Shown piece after piece: positions 1-7,931 of a stretch of 26,737 nucleotides of DNA; positions within the stretch are counted from its first letter, which is position 1; each line of letters begins with the position of its first letter. Location: NCBI GenBank assembly GCA_028875085.1, contig JAPPFU010000083.1, positions 1 through 26,737 of the forward strand, written 5' to 3'. The notes under the pieces are model-generated. The model was not told the origin of the DNA. It did no database searches and saw nothing but the letters and a program-made list of their open reading frames with translations. Both the position numbers and the translations under genes were made by a program. The DNA comes from Chloroflexota bacterium. GTDB lineage: Bacteria > Chloroflexota > Dehalococcoidia > Lucifugimonadales > Australimonadaceae.

Positions 1-2
1 AG

Positions 3-239
3 CTCTGGCTGCTGGTGCTGTCTCGCGTCGTGCTCGTGCCGGTGATCGCGGCGGTCAGCTACGAGATCATCCGCTTCAACGCCGCCCACGGCGACTGGGC
101 CGTCGCGCGCATGCTGATCGCCCCCGGCGTCGCGCTCCAGAAGCTCACCACCCGCAAGCCCGACGATAGTCAGATAGAGGTCGCCATCGCCGCGATGAAC
201 GGCGCCATCGAAGCTGACCGCGCCGCCCAAGCCGCATAA
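3..239 (+). CDS. DUF1385 (YqhQ-like) membrane protein, C-terminal part; truncated by the window edge
   Basis: Open frame from the window start. SRVVLVPVIAAVSYEIIRF and PGVALQKLTTRKPDDSQIEVAIAA match the DUF1385 C-terminal signature as I recall it. Confidence 0.85.
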   Translation, partial: LWLLVLSRVVLVPVIAAVSYEIIRFNAAHGDWAVARMLIAPGVALQKLTTRKPDDSQIEVAIAAMNGAIEADRAAQAA

Positions 240-264
240 CGTCATCTCCGCACGGAGGCTCCCT

Positions 265-696
265 ATGTCCGCCGCCGTAACCGTCCAAAGCATCAATCGC
301 ATGACCCACCTCGTCGCAGGCGACGGCCACGCCATCGTCGCCGACGAACCGCCCGACGCCGGCGATGACCTGGGAATGGACCCCTACCAACTGCTGCTGA
401 GCGCGCTCGGGGCGTGCACGGCTATGACGCTGCGCATGTACGCCGAGCGCAAGGGGTGGCCGCTCGAATCGGTCAACGTGCGCCTCACCCACGAGCGCGT
501 CCACGCCCGCGACTGCGAAGACTGCGAAGAGGGCAGCGAGGGCTATGTGGAGGTCATTCGCCGCGAGGTCAGCGTCAAGGGCGCGCTGGACGCCGAGCAA
601 CTCGACCGCCTGCGCTACATCGCCACGCGCTGCCCCGTGCACCGCACCCTCGCCGCCGCCCCCCAGGTCATCGACGCCCTCTCCCTCGCCGAGTAA
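265..696 (+). CDS. OsmC/Ohr family protein
   Basis: GGAGG RBS upstream. Motifs [26 protein letters not shown] and RCPVHRTL carry the two conserved Cys. Confidence 0.88.
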   Translation: MSAAVTVQSINRMTHLVAGDGHAIVADEPPDAGDDLGMDPYQLLLSALGACTAMTLRMYAERKGWPLESVNVRLTHERVHARDCEDCEEGSEGYVEVIRREVSVKGALDAEQLDRLRYIATRCPVHRTLAAAPQVIDALSLAE

Positions 697-731
697 GGCC
701 GCCGCTCTTCCCGCGCCGCTGTAATCGAAGC

Positions 732-758
732 GAGATTCCCGCTTTCGCGGGAATGACG
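732..758 (-). repeat. CGTC-tagged REP-like palindrome (CGTCATTCCCGCGAAAGCGGGAATCTC)
   Basis: Reverse complement gives an ATTCCCGC-GAAA-GCGGGAAT hairpin with a CGTC 5' tag. It lies between convergent osmC and eamA. Confidence 0.8.
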
Positions 759-792
759 GTGTGGGGGCGCAATGCACACGGCGCCCGCTCCC

Positions 793-1701
793 TCACGCCC
801 GCGCCTGCATCTCGGAGCGGACGGCGAGAGCGACCCCCGCGAACAGCAGCGCGCCGCCAGGCAGGATCGTCCACGGCGGAACCTCCCCCAACACCGGTAT
901 CGCCAGCAGCGTGGCGATAATGGGCTCGCCCCGCGTGGACATCGCCACGGTCGTGGCGGGCGCGTGGGCAAGCGCCCAATTCAGCGTCGAATGCCCCACC
1001 GCCTGCGGGATGAGTCCCGCCAGCGCAATCCACAGGTAAGCGTCCGTCGGCAGGCCCGTCATCCGCGCGCCGGAGCCGAGCGCGGCGGCGCACAGCAGCA
1101 CGGCGGCGATGGCGTAGATAATGGTGACGTAGGGCAGGAACGGAACGCGCCGCCGCACCTTCCTGCCGACCAGCAGGTTGCCGCCCATAGCGACGGCGCC
1201 GACGGCGGCGAGCGCGTCGCCCCCGAGGTGTCCTGCGCCCCCCGCCTCTCCCGTCGCCAACACCAAGCCGCCCGCCACGCTCAGCGCGACGGCAAAGGCC
1301 ATCAGCGCGCCTACCCTGTCCCGCATCGCAAAGTGAGACCCCAACGCGGCGAATACCGGCGTCGTCGTTACGAGGAAGACCGAGTTGGCGAGCGAGGTGA
1401 GTTGCAGCGAGGCGATCCACGCCGCGAAGTGCGCGGCCAAGAACGCGCCCGCCAGCAGCAGCCACGGCGCGTCCTCGCGGCGGACGGCGGCGAACTGGCG
1501 GCGCGCCGTGATGAGCGCGAACACTCCCACCGCGCCCGCCCCGACGACCATGCGGTAGGCCGCGATTGCAAGCGCGTCCGCCTCCGCCAAGCGGATGAAG
1601 ATGGCCGCCGCTCCGATTGCCGCAACCCCCAACGCCAACGCCCCGAACAGCGCCGCGTTGGAGACGCCTGCATGCCCGCCGCTGCCCCGTTCCGCGTCCA
1701 T
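793..1701 (-). CDS. EamA/DMT family transporter
   Basis: About 10 hydrophobic segments in two repeats. Motifs AAHFAAWIASLQLTSLANSVFLVTTTPVF and QAVGHSTLNWAL...EPIIA. Start codon uncertain. Confidence 0.88.
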   Translation of the reverse strand: MDAERGSGGHAGVSNAALFGALALGVAAIGAAAIFIRLAEADALAIAAYRMVVGAGAVGVFALITARRQFAAVRREDAPWLLLAGAFLAAHFAAWIASLQLTSLANSVFLVTTTPVFAALGSHFAMRDRVGALMAFAVALSVAGGLVLATGEAGGAGHLGGDALAAVGAVAMGGNLLVGRKVRRRVPFLPYVTIIYAIAAVLLCAAALGSGARMTGLPTDAYLWIALAGLIPQAVGHSTLNWALAHAPATTVAMSTRGEPIIATLLAIPVLGEVPPWTILPGGALLFAGVALAVRSEMQARA

Positions 1702-1741
1702 ACCGCGCAGAGGCTAGCGCAACGAGGCAGCGGGCGTGCCC

Positions 1742-2458
1742 TCAGGCGTCCGCCACCTCGATGCGGAGGCGCTTGTTGATGCGCCCCTTGCTCTCGTGGC
1801 CGACCACCTTGATGCGCCCCACCTCCGCCGTGCTCGACACGTGCGTCCCGCCGTCCGCCTGCATATCCAACCCTCGGATGTCCAGTACGCGCACTTTGCG
1901 GATGCATGGCGGCAGCAGGTTGATTTTGGTGCGGATGAGCTCGGGGTTACGATCCGCGGCGTCGCGCTCCATGAACGAGACGACGACCGCGCGGTCGGCG
2001 GCCACCTCCGCGTTCGCGCTGGCCTCCACCCGCTCGGCGAAATCCGCGCTCATCGAGTCGAGCTCGAAGTCCATCCGCGCCGCCAAAGGCGTCATATTGG
2101 AGCCGGTGACCGATGCCCCGAAGTCGCGGTAGATGACGCCGCACAACACATGCAGCGCCGTATGCGTCCGCATCAGCGCGTGCCGACGCTCCCAATCCAG
2201 CGCCCCCGTAACGCGCGACCCCACTGGCGGCGGCTCGGCGCCCTCCAGTTCGTGCCATAGCTGAGCGCCGTCGCGCCGCACCTTGACCACGCGCCAAACC
2301 GCGCCGCCCGCGCTCAGCGTCCCCAAGTCGTGCGGTTGGCCCCCTCCTCCGGGGAAGAAAGCCGTGCGGTCGAGCGCAACGGTGGCGCCATCGACGGCGG
2401 CCACCGACGCCTCGAACTCGCGCAGATAGGCGTCGGTGTGGAACAGCGCTTCGGTCAT
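1742..2458 (-). CDS. alaX: AlaX-type alanyl-tRNA editing protein (free-standing editing domain)
   Basis: LFHTDAYLREF, LDRTAFFPGGGGQPHDLG, MRTHTALH (HxxxH), ARMDF and DGGTHV. Start moved from the ORF-track start 2545 to MTEALF at 2458. Confidence 0.88.
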   Translation of the reverse strand: MTEALFHTDAYLREFEASVAAVDGATVALDRTAFFPGGGGQPHDLGTLSAGGAVWRVVKVRRDGAQLWHELEGAEPPPVGSRVTGALDWERRHALMRTHTALHVLCGVIYRDFGASVTGSNMTPLAARMDFELDSMSADFAERVEASANAEVAADRAVVVSFMERDAADRNPELIRTKINLLPPCIRKVRVLDIRGLDMQADGGTHVSSTAEVGRIKVVGHESKGRINKRLRIEVADA

Positions 2459-2478
2459 AGCTCCGGGCGGGCGCTCCG

Positions 2479-3840
2479 CTAGCCGCCCTGCGCCGAAGCG
2501 AGGCGCATCAACGCCGTAACGTCCGGCGCGCGGTCGAGGTTCCACGCCGCGTCCAGCAACCGCGCAGCCTGGTCGGTGGGAAACACCTCCGTCGCCAGGT
2601 CGGTGAACTTGGCTTCCAACGCCGCGTCGGACATCGGATTCTGCGGCGTGCCGATTGCGTGCTCGACGAACGTCTCCAGCGTCCGCCCATCGGCCAGGTG
2701 GACGCGGACGCGCGCCTGGTCTTCGGCCACCGATTCCTCCACCTCGCCGGTAACCGCGTCGCGGATGCGGGAGATGTCGGGGTCGGCGGCCTTGGCGTCG
2801 GTGAACTGGGCGTCGTGGCCCGCCCCGTCCACCAGCGCCGCTGCCGCGCAGTGCTGGAAGGAAAACTTGCCCTCCAAGCCCGTCCGCACCACGGGGCGGT
2901 TCATCAACTCCAGCACGAGCGGGTGCACGCCCAGGGAGATGGCGGCCACGTCGCCGGGCTTGAGCGCGTGCTCGTTACGCAGGCGGATAACCCCATCCTG
3001 TATGGGGTGGGAGACGATGCCGTTGGCGAAAGGCTTGAGGCCGTTGTTGCCCAACTCCCAACGCTCGCCAAAGCCGCCCAGCAACGCCTCCTCGCTGTGT
3101 CCTCCCGCCGACAGGATCGCCCAGAACCCGCGCCGCCCGCCCAATATGTCGTCCGGCCCGGTGAATCCTTGTGCCGCCAACTCCGCCGCTTGCAGGCCTG
3201 TCGACGCGGCGTGGCCCGGATGCAGCGCCTTGCCGTGGGTGCCGAGCAGTTCGCGCACGCCCGACGCGTGCGTGCCGCCTACGCCTAGTGCATGCGTCAT
3301 CCGGGCAGCGTCGAGGCCGTGGACGCGCCCCGCGCCCGCTACGGCGCCGAACAGACCGGCAGTGCCCGTTACGTGCCAGCCCTGGTCGTAGTGCCACGGG
3401 TAGACGGACATCGCCACGCGGCACGCCGTCTCCGCTCCCAGCGCAAACGCCGCCAGCGTGTCGAGGCCGTTGGCGCCCGTCTCCTCGGCGGCGGCAAGCA
3501 CTGCAGGCCAGACGGGCGCGCTCGGGTGCAGGATCGTCGGCAGATGAGTGTCGTCGTAGTCCTCGAGGTGGGCGAGGTAACCGTTGGCGAGGGCGGCGTT
3601 GAACGTGCCCGTGCGGATGTCCGTCCCGATCACCCGGGCTGCGGGGTTGCCGCCCTGGCGCCGCACCCACGCCGTGAGGATGCCCGCCGGTTCGTAGCGC
3701 GTCGCCGAAACGGCGATGCCCAATATGTTGATGAGCGTCCGCTTGGCCTCGTGCAGCGTCCAGCCCGGAAGGCCGGCGGCGGAGGCCGCGACGATGAAGC
3801 CGGCCAACGCGCGGGTGGGGCCTGCCGCCTGTGCCGCCAT
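2479..3840 (-). CDS. MmgE/PrpD family protein
   Basis: AALANGYLAHLEDYDDTH, LHPSAPV, GWHVTGT, KALHPG, GLEGKFS and GTPQNPMS. GGAGG 6 nt before the ATG at 3840. Confidence 0.9.
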   Translation of the reverse strand: MAAQAAGPTRALAGFIVAASAAGLPGWTLHEAKRTLINILGIAVSATRYEPAGILTAWVRRQGGNPAARVIGTDIRTGTFNAALANGYLAHLEDYDDTHLPTILHPSAPVWPAVLAAAEETGANGLDTLAAFALGAETACRVAMSVYPWHYDQGWHVTGTAGLFGAVAGAGRVHGLDAARMTHALGVGGTHASGVRELLGTHGKALHPGHAASTGLQAAELAAQGFTGPDDILGGRRGFWAILSAGGHSEEALLGGFGERWELGNNGLKPFANGIVSHPIQDGVIRLRNEHALKPGDVAAISLGVHPLVLELMNRPVVRTGLEGKFSFQHCAAAALVDGAGHDAQFTDAKAADPDISRIRDAVTGEVEESVAEDQARVRVHLADGRTLETFVEHAIGTPQNPMSDAALEAKFTDLATEVFPTDQAARLLDAAWNLDRAPDVTALMRLASAQGG

Positions 3841-3919
3841 TCGAACCCTCCGGGCCGAGGTGATGGCGGAAGGATACACGAACGGCGCAGTGGCGGCGGC
3901 CCCTGTCGGCGATGCGCAG

Positions 3920-3952
3920 AGGGAACCCGGCAGCCGAACTGCCGGGTTCCCT
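3920..3952. terminator. Perfect 14-bp inverted repeat (possible terminator or stability hairpin)
   Basis: AGGGAACCCGGCAG-ccgaa-CTGCCGGGTTCCCT, just downstream of the stop at 3979. No clear U-tract on the minus strand. Confidence 0.45.
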
Positions 3953-3978
3953 TACCCTTTCAGGCTATAGTGCGCGCG

Positions 3979-4554
3979 CTAGGAGGCCGCGCCCGCCGGC
4001 GCGTTGCCGTTGCTGGGCGCCGCGCTCGCCAACGCGGCCTCCATCTGGGCGGCTGCGGCTGCCGCTGCGGCGCGCTCCTCCGGCGGCGTCACCGAGGCGA
4101 TGCCCTTGCGGATGGTCTCGAGAACCTCGGCGACCTTGGTCTCGAGTTCGAGCAGCGTTTCGCGGGTGTAGGCGTTCGCGCCCCGGCGGCGCTGCTTGGC
4201 CTCCGTCTCGGTGCGCGCCAGTATCTGCTTGGCGCGCTCCTCCGCCTCGCGGATAATCTCCTCCCCGCGCTCCTTGCTCGCGGCAACCGTCGTGCTCTCT
4301 TCGACGAGCATCCGCGACTCCCGCTCGGCGGTTGCCCGCAGCCTGCGTACCTCGTTGGCCGTCTGCGATATGAGTTGGCTGCGGTGCTCGATGACCTCGG
4401 TGGCTTCCTGGATGTTCTTGGGGACTGCGAAACGCAGTTGCTCCACCAATTCCACCAGGCGCTCGCGGTCGACCATCGTCCTGCCGGTGATCGGCATCTT
4501 CTTGGCGCCGGCAGCCAGGTCCTCGAGCTTGTCGATCAGGTACATCAATTCCAT
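3979..4554 (-). CDS. Coiled-coil protein of the coaD-linked SepIVA/DivIVA-like family (often annotated 'ATPase')
   Basis: MELMYLIDKLEDL...KKMPITGRTMVDRERLVELVEQLRFAVPKNIQEA followed by a long A/E/R coiled coil. Sits directly downstream of rsmD-coaD; GGGAG RBS before 4554. Confidence 0.7.
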   Translation of the reverse strand: MELMYLIDKLEDLAAGAKKMPITGRTMVDRERLVELVEQLRFAVPKNIQEATEVIEHRSQLISQTANEVRRLRATAERESRMLVEESTTVAASKERGEEIIREAEERAKQILARTETEAKQRRRGANAYTRETLLELETKVAEVLETIRKGIASVTPPEERAAAAAAAAQMEAALASAAPSNGNAPAGAAS

Positions 4555-4583
4555 GGTTCGCTCTCCCTTGAAGGTTCCCTCGC

Positions 4584-5066
4584 TCACGCTCCCCCCAGCC
4601 GAAGGCGCAGAGCCGCGACGACATTCGGGGGGACTAGTCCGTCGATTGCGCCTCCCAGGCGGGCCACCTCCCGCACGAGGCTCGAACGGACGAATTGATA
4701 CTGCAGGTCGGTGATGAGGCAGGCAACGTCGATCTCAGGAGCGAGACGCCGGTTCATCAGGGCCATCTCGAACTCATGCTCGAAGTCGGCGTTCTTGCGC
4801 AGTCCACGGACGATGACCTGTGCGCCCTGCGCGCGCACGAACTCCACGATGAGCCCGTCGAAGGTGGTTACCGATACGTTCGCTATGTTGGACGTCGCCT
4901 CCTCAATCATCGATAGGCGCTCGTCGGCGCTGAACAGCGCCTCACGCTCCGGACGCTCGAACACCGCCACCACCACACTGTCGAACAGACCAGCGGCGCG
5001 GTGCATGATGTCTAAGTGGCCCAGGTTCACCGGGTCGAACCGGCCGGGGTAGACGGCTCTCGTCAT
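4584..5066 (-). CDS. coaD: Pantetheine-phosphate adenylyltransferase
   Basis: AVYPGRFDPVNLGHLDI, IVRGLR, DFEHEFEMALMNRRL and SSLVREVA. Confidence 0.95.
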   Translation of the reverse strand: MTRAVYPGRFDPVNLGHLDIMHRAAGLFDSVVVAVFERPEREALFSADERLSMIEEATSNIANVSVTTFDGLIVEFVRAQGAQVIVRGLRKNADFEHEFEMALMNRRLAPEIDVACLITDLQYQFVRSSLVREVARLGGAIDGLVPPNVVAALRLRLGGA

Positions 5067-5611
5067 CGCGCCGCCTCGTAGAAAGCGAGGGACGAGTCAC
5101 CGTACCGCCTGTCCTGCGTCAGCGTCAGTGTCCCGCATCGGGTCGGCGCCTCTGCCCGCGACGGGTGGCCGACCACGACCACCGCATCTTCGGCGAGCAA
5201 GCCCCGCTCGACGATGCGCTCGACCAGCCGCGCCGGGAAGGGGTCGCGATAGGGCGGGTCCATCAGCACGATGTCGTAGGCGCCTTCCAACCGCTCTACG
5301 GCGCGGTGAACGTCGGCTTGGAGCACTGCCGCCCTGTCCTGCGCCTTTGCGGCGTGCAGGTTGGCGCGGATGTCGGCTGCCTGGCGGCGGTCGAACTCTA
5401 CGAAGGCGGCGTGGGCCGCCCCGCGGCTGAGCGCCTCGATGCCTAGCGATCCCGTGCCTGCGAACAGGTCTGCCACTACTGCGCCCTCGATTCCCCGCGG
5501 AGCTAATAGGTTGAACAGCGCGGTGCGCACGCGGTCGGTCGTTGGCCGCACGCCTGGCGCGCTGGGCGGCTTGAGCGCAACGCCCCGTGCCGCTCCGCCC
5601 GTGATGCGCAT
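5063..5611 (-). CDS. rsmD: 16S rRNA (guanine966-N2)-methyltransferase RsmD
   Basis: MRITGG...VRPTTDRVRTALFNLL, DLFAGTGSLGIEALSRGA, DPPY and RRYGDS. 4-nt overlap with the coaD start. Confidence 0.93.
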   Translation of the reverse strand: MRITGGAARGVALKPPSAPGVRPTTDRVRTALFNLLAPRGIEGAVVADLFAGTGSLGIEALSRGAAHAAFVEFDRRQAADIRANLHAAKAQDRAAVLQADVHRAVERLEGAYDIVLMDPPYRDPFPARLVERIVERGLLAEDAVVVVGHPSRAEAPTRCGTLTLTQDRRYGDSSLAFYEAAR

Positions 5612-5779
5612 CGCGATTGCCGACCTCCGCTTGCCAGCCACGCGGCGCGCCCCGGCTTGGCTCTACGGACGAGCGCGAGCATCGTAGGAAGCGGCCTATG
5701 CCGGGTCAATGCGATAGCGATGAGAGTAATCGGGAATCGGCTCGCCGCCCGCTCCCGGCGCTCCAGGTGCCTCTCAACA

Positions 5780-5808
5780 TTGCGCCCGGCTGCGCCTAGC
5801 AGTACAAT
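5780..5808 (+). promoter_or_regulatory. Sigma70-like promoter upstream of greA
   Basis: TTGCGC (5780-5785), 17-nt spacer, TACAAT (5803-5808). Confidence 0.55.
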
Positions 5809-5896
5809 TGCGTATTCCCCCACTGAGCGCCTCCCCGTCCGCCGCGGGCTGATTGCCCCGCGCCGTGGAGAGCGCCCAAACGGGGCGAGGCGCGCC

Positions 5897-6379
5897 ATGG
5901 CCCAAGAGCAGACCTACCTCACGACCAAAGGACTGCGGGAGATCGAGGACGAGCTCGACCATCTCCGCACCGTCCGCCGCGAGGAGGTGGCCGACCGCAT
6001 CCACCAGTCCAAGGAGATCGGCTCCATGGGCGAGAACGCGGAGTACGAGGAGGCGATGAACGAGCTCGCCTTCTTGGAGGGGCGCATCCAGGAGTTGGAC
6101 GCGATGGTGCGCAACGCCGTCATCATCCCCGACCACACCTCGGCCAAGGGGAAGAAGGACACGGTCGAGATTGGCTCCATCGTCAAGGTGGAGGTCGCGG
6201 GCGCCGCCAAGTCCCGCGTCTACACCATCGTCGGCTCCGCCGAGGCTTCGCCGACGGACGGGCGCATCTCCAACGAGTCGCCCATCGGCCAGGCACTGAT
6301 GGGAAAGAAGGCCGGCGACGAGGTGGAATTCAGCGTCCCATCCGGCAAGCAGCGCCTCAAGGTGCTCCAAGTCCGTTAG
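5897..6379 (+). CDS. greA: Transcription elongation factor GreA
   Basis: TYLTTKGLREIEDELDHL, GSMGENAEYEEA, YTIVGSAEASP and ISNESPIGQALMGKKAGDEV. Start moved to MAQEQ at 5897. Confidence 0.95.
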   Translation: MAQEQTYLTTKGLREIEDELDHLRTVRREEVADRIHQSKEIGSMGENAEYEEAMNELAFLEGRIQELDAMVRNAVIIPDHTSAKGKKDTVEIGSIVKVEVAGAAKSRVYTIVGSAEASPTDGRISNESPIGQALMGKKAGDEVEFSVPSGKQRLKVLQVR

Positions 6380-6452
6380 CCCGCCGCCGTTCGCCTTGTA
6401 GAATCTCCGGCGGCGCAGGCCGTCCCGCCAATGGCCGCGCGCCCTGATACCT

Positions 6453-7931
6453 ATGACTCAGCGCGGCGACGAACTCCTCCAAAGCCGGCAGGCCAAGCTG
6501 GCCGCGCTGCGCGAGCGCGGCGTCGACCCCTATCCGCCACGCTTCCGCCGCTCGCACACCGCCAAGTCCGCCGTCGCGCGCTTCGAGAAGGCCGAACGCG
6601 AGGGCAAGACGGCCCGCGCAACGGTGGCCGGGCGCATTATGCGGATGCGCGGGATGGGTGGCGCGTCCTTCATCGACGTGGAGGACTCCACCGGCGCGAT
6701 CCAGCTCTACCTGCAAGCGGACGCCCTGGGCGCAGGCTACGAATTGCTGGCCGACCTCGACCTGGGCGATTTCGTAGGTGCGCGCGGGGAGTTGATGCGC
6801 ACGCGCAGGGGCGAGATATCCGTCCAGGCGCGGCGTTTCACGCTGCTGGCGAAGGCGCTGCGTCCCCCGCCCGACGACTACTACGGCCTGCGCGATACAG
6901 AGCAGCGCTACCGTCGACGCTACCTCGATCTCATCGTCAACCGCGACGTGCACGACGTGATGCGCAAGCGCAGCGCGGTGATTGTCGCCCTGCGGCGCTT
7001 CTTCGACGCGCGCGGTTTCCTCGAGGTGGAGACGCCGACGCTGGTTCCCGTTCCCGCCGGGGCGATGGCGGAGCCGTTCGCCACAGAGCACCATGCGCTG
7101 CGCCGCACGCTCTACCTGCGTATCGCCACGGAGCTTTACCTCAAGCGCCTCATCGTCGGCGGCATGGACAAGGTGTACGAGATAGGCCGCGTCTTCCGCA
7201 ACGAGGGCATCGACCGCGACCACAATCCCGAGTTCACGCTGCTCGAATCCTACGAGGCGTACGCCGACTACCGCGCCGTCATGCGGATGGTCGAGCGGCT
7301 CGTCCCCTACGTCGCACAGCGCGCCATCGGCGCAACCACCATCGAGCGCGACGGCGCGCGGATAGATCTGCGCCCGCCGTGGCCGCGCCTCGACCTGCGC
7401 GAGGCAGTGCGGACGCACAGTGGCATCGACATCGACGACTTCCCCGACGCCACGGCGCTCGCGGCGCGGATGCGCGAGGCGGGCGTCCACGCCGCCTACG
7501 AGGAGAGCCGGGGCCGCCTCATCGACAAACTGGTCGGCCAGTTCGTGGAGCCGCGCCTCATCCAGCCCACGTTCCTGGTGGACTACCCGGCGGAGATGTC
7601 GCCGCTGGCCAAACTGCGCGCCGACGACCCGCGCTACGCCGAGCGATTCGAGGCGTTCGCCGGCGGAATGGAGATTGCCAACTCCTTCACCGAGTTGAAC
7701 GACCCCGTCCAGCAGCGCGCGCGGATGGAGGAGCAGGAGGAGTTGCGCCGCCGCTATCAAGGCGAGGAGCTCGACCGCGTCGACGACGACTACATCCTCG
7801 CCCTTGAGCACGGCATGCCGCCCACCGGCGGCCTTGGCATCGGCGTTGACCGCCTCGTTATGCTGCTGACGGGGCAGCGCTCTATCCGCGACGTGGCGCT
7901 CTTCCCCCAGGTGCGGAGCATCGACGAATGA
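6453..7931 (+). CDS. lysS: Lysine--tRNA ligase (class II)
   Basis: GVDPYP, AGRIMRMRGMGGASF, RYRRRYLDLI, LYLRIATELYLKRLIVGG, FRNEGID, HNPEFT and GMPPTGGLGIGVDRL. Confidence 0.97.
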   Translation: MTQRGDELLQSRQAKLAALRERGVDPYPPRFRRSHTAKSAVARFEKAEREGKTARATVAGRIMRMRGMGGASFIDVEDSTGAIQLYLQADALGAGYELLADLDLGDFVGARGELMRTRRGEISVQARRFTLLAKALRPPPDDYYGLRDTEQRYRRRYLDLIVNRDVHDVMRKRSAVIVALRRFFDARGFLEVETPTLVPVPAGAMAEPFATEHHALRRTLYLRIATELYLKRLIVGGMDKVYEIGRVFRNEGIDRDHNPEFTLLESYEAYADYRAVMRMVERLVPYVAQRAIGATTIERDGARIDLRPPWPRLDLREAVRTHSGIDIDDFPDATALAARMREAGVHAAYEESRGRLIDKLVGQFVEPRLIQPTFLVDYPAEMSPLAKLRADDPRYAERFEAFAGGMEIANSFTELNDPVQQRARMEEQEELRRRYQGEELDRVDDDYILALEHGMPPTGGLGIGVDRLVMLLTGQRSIRDVALFPQVRSIDE

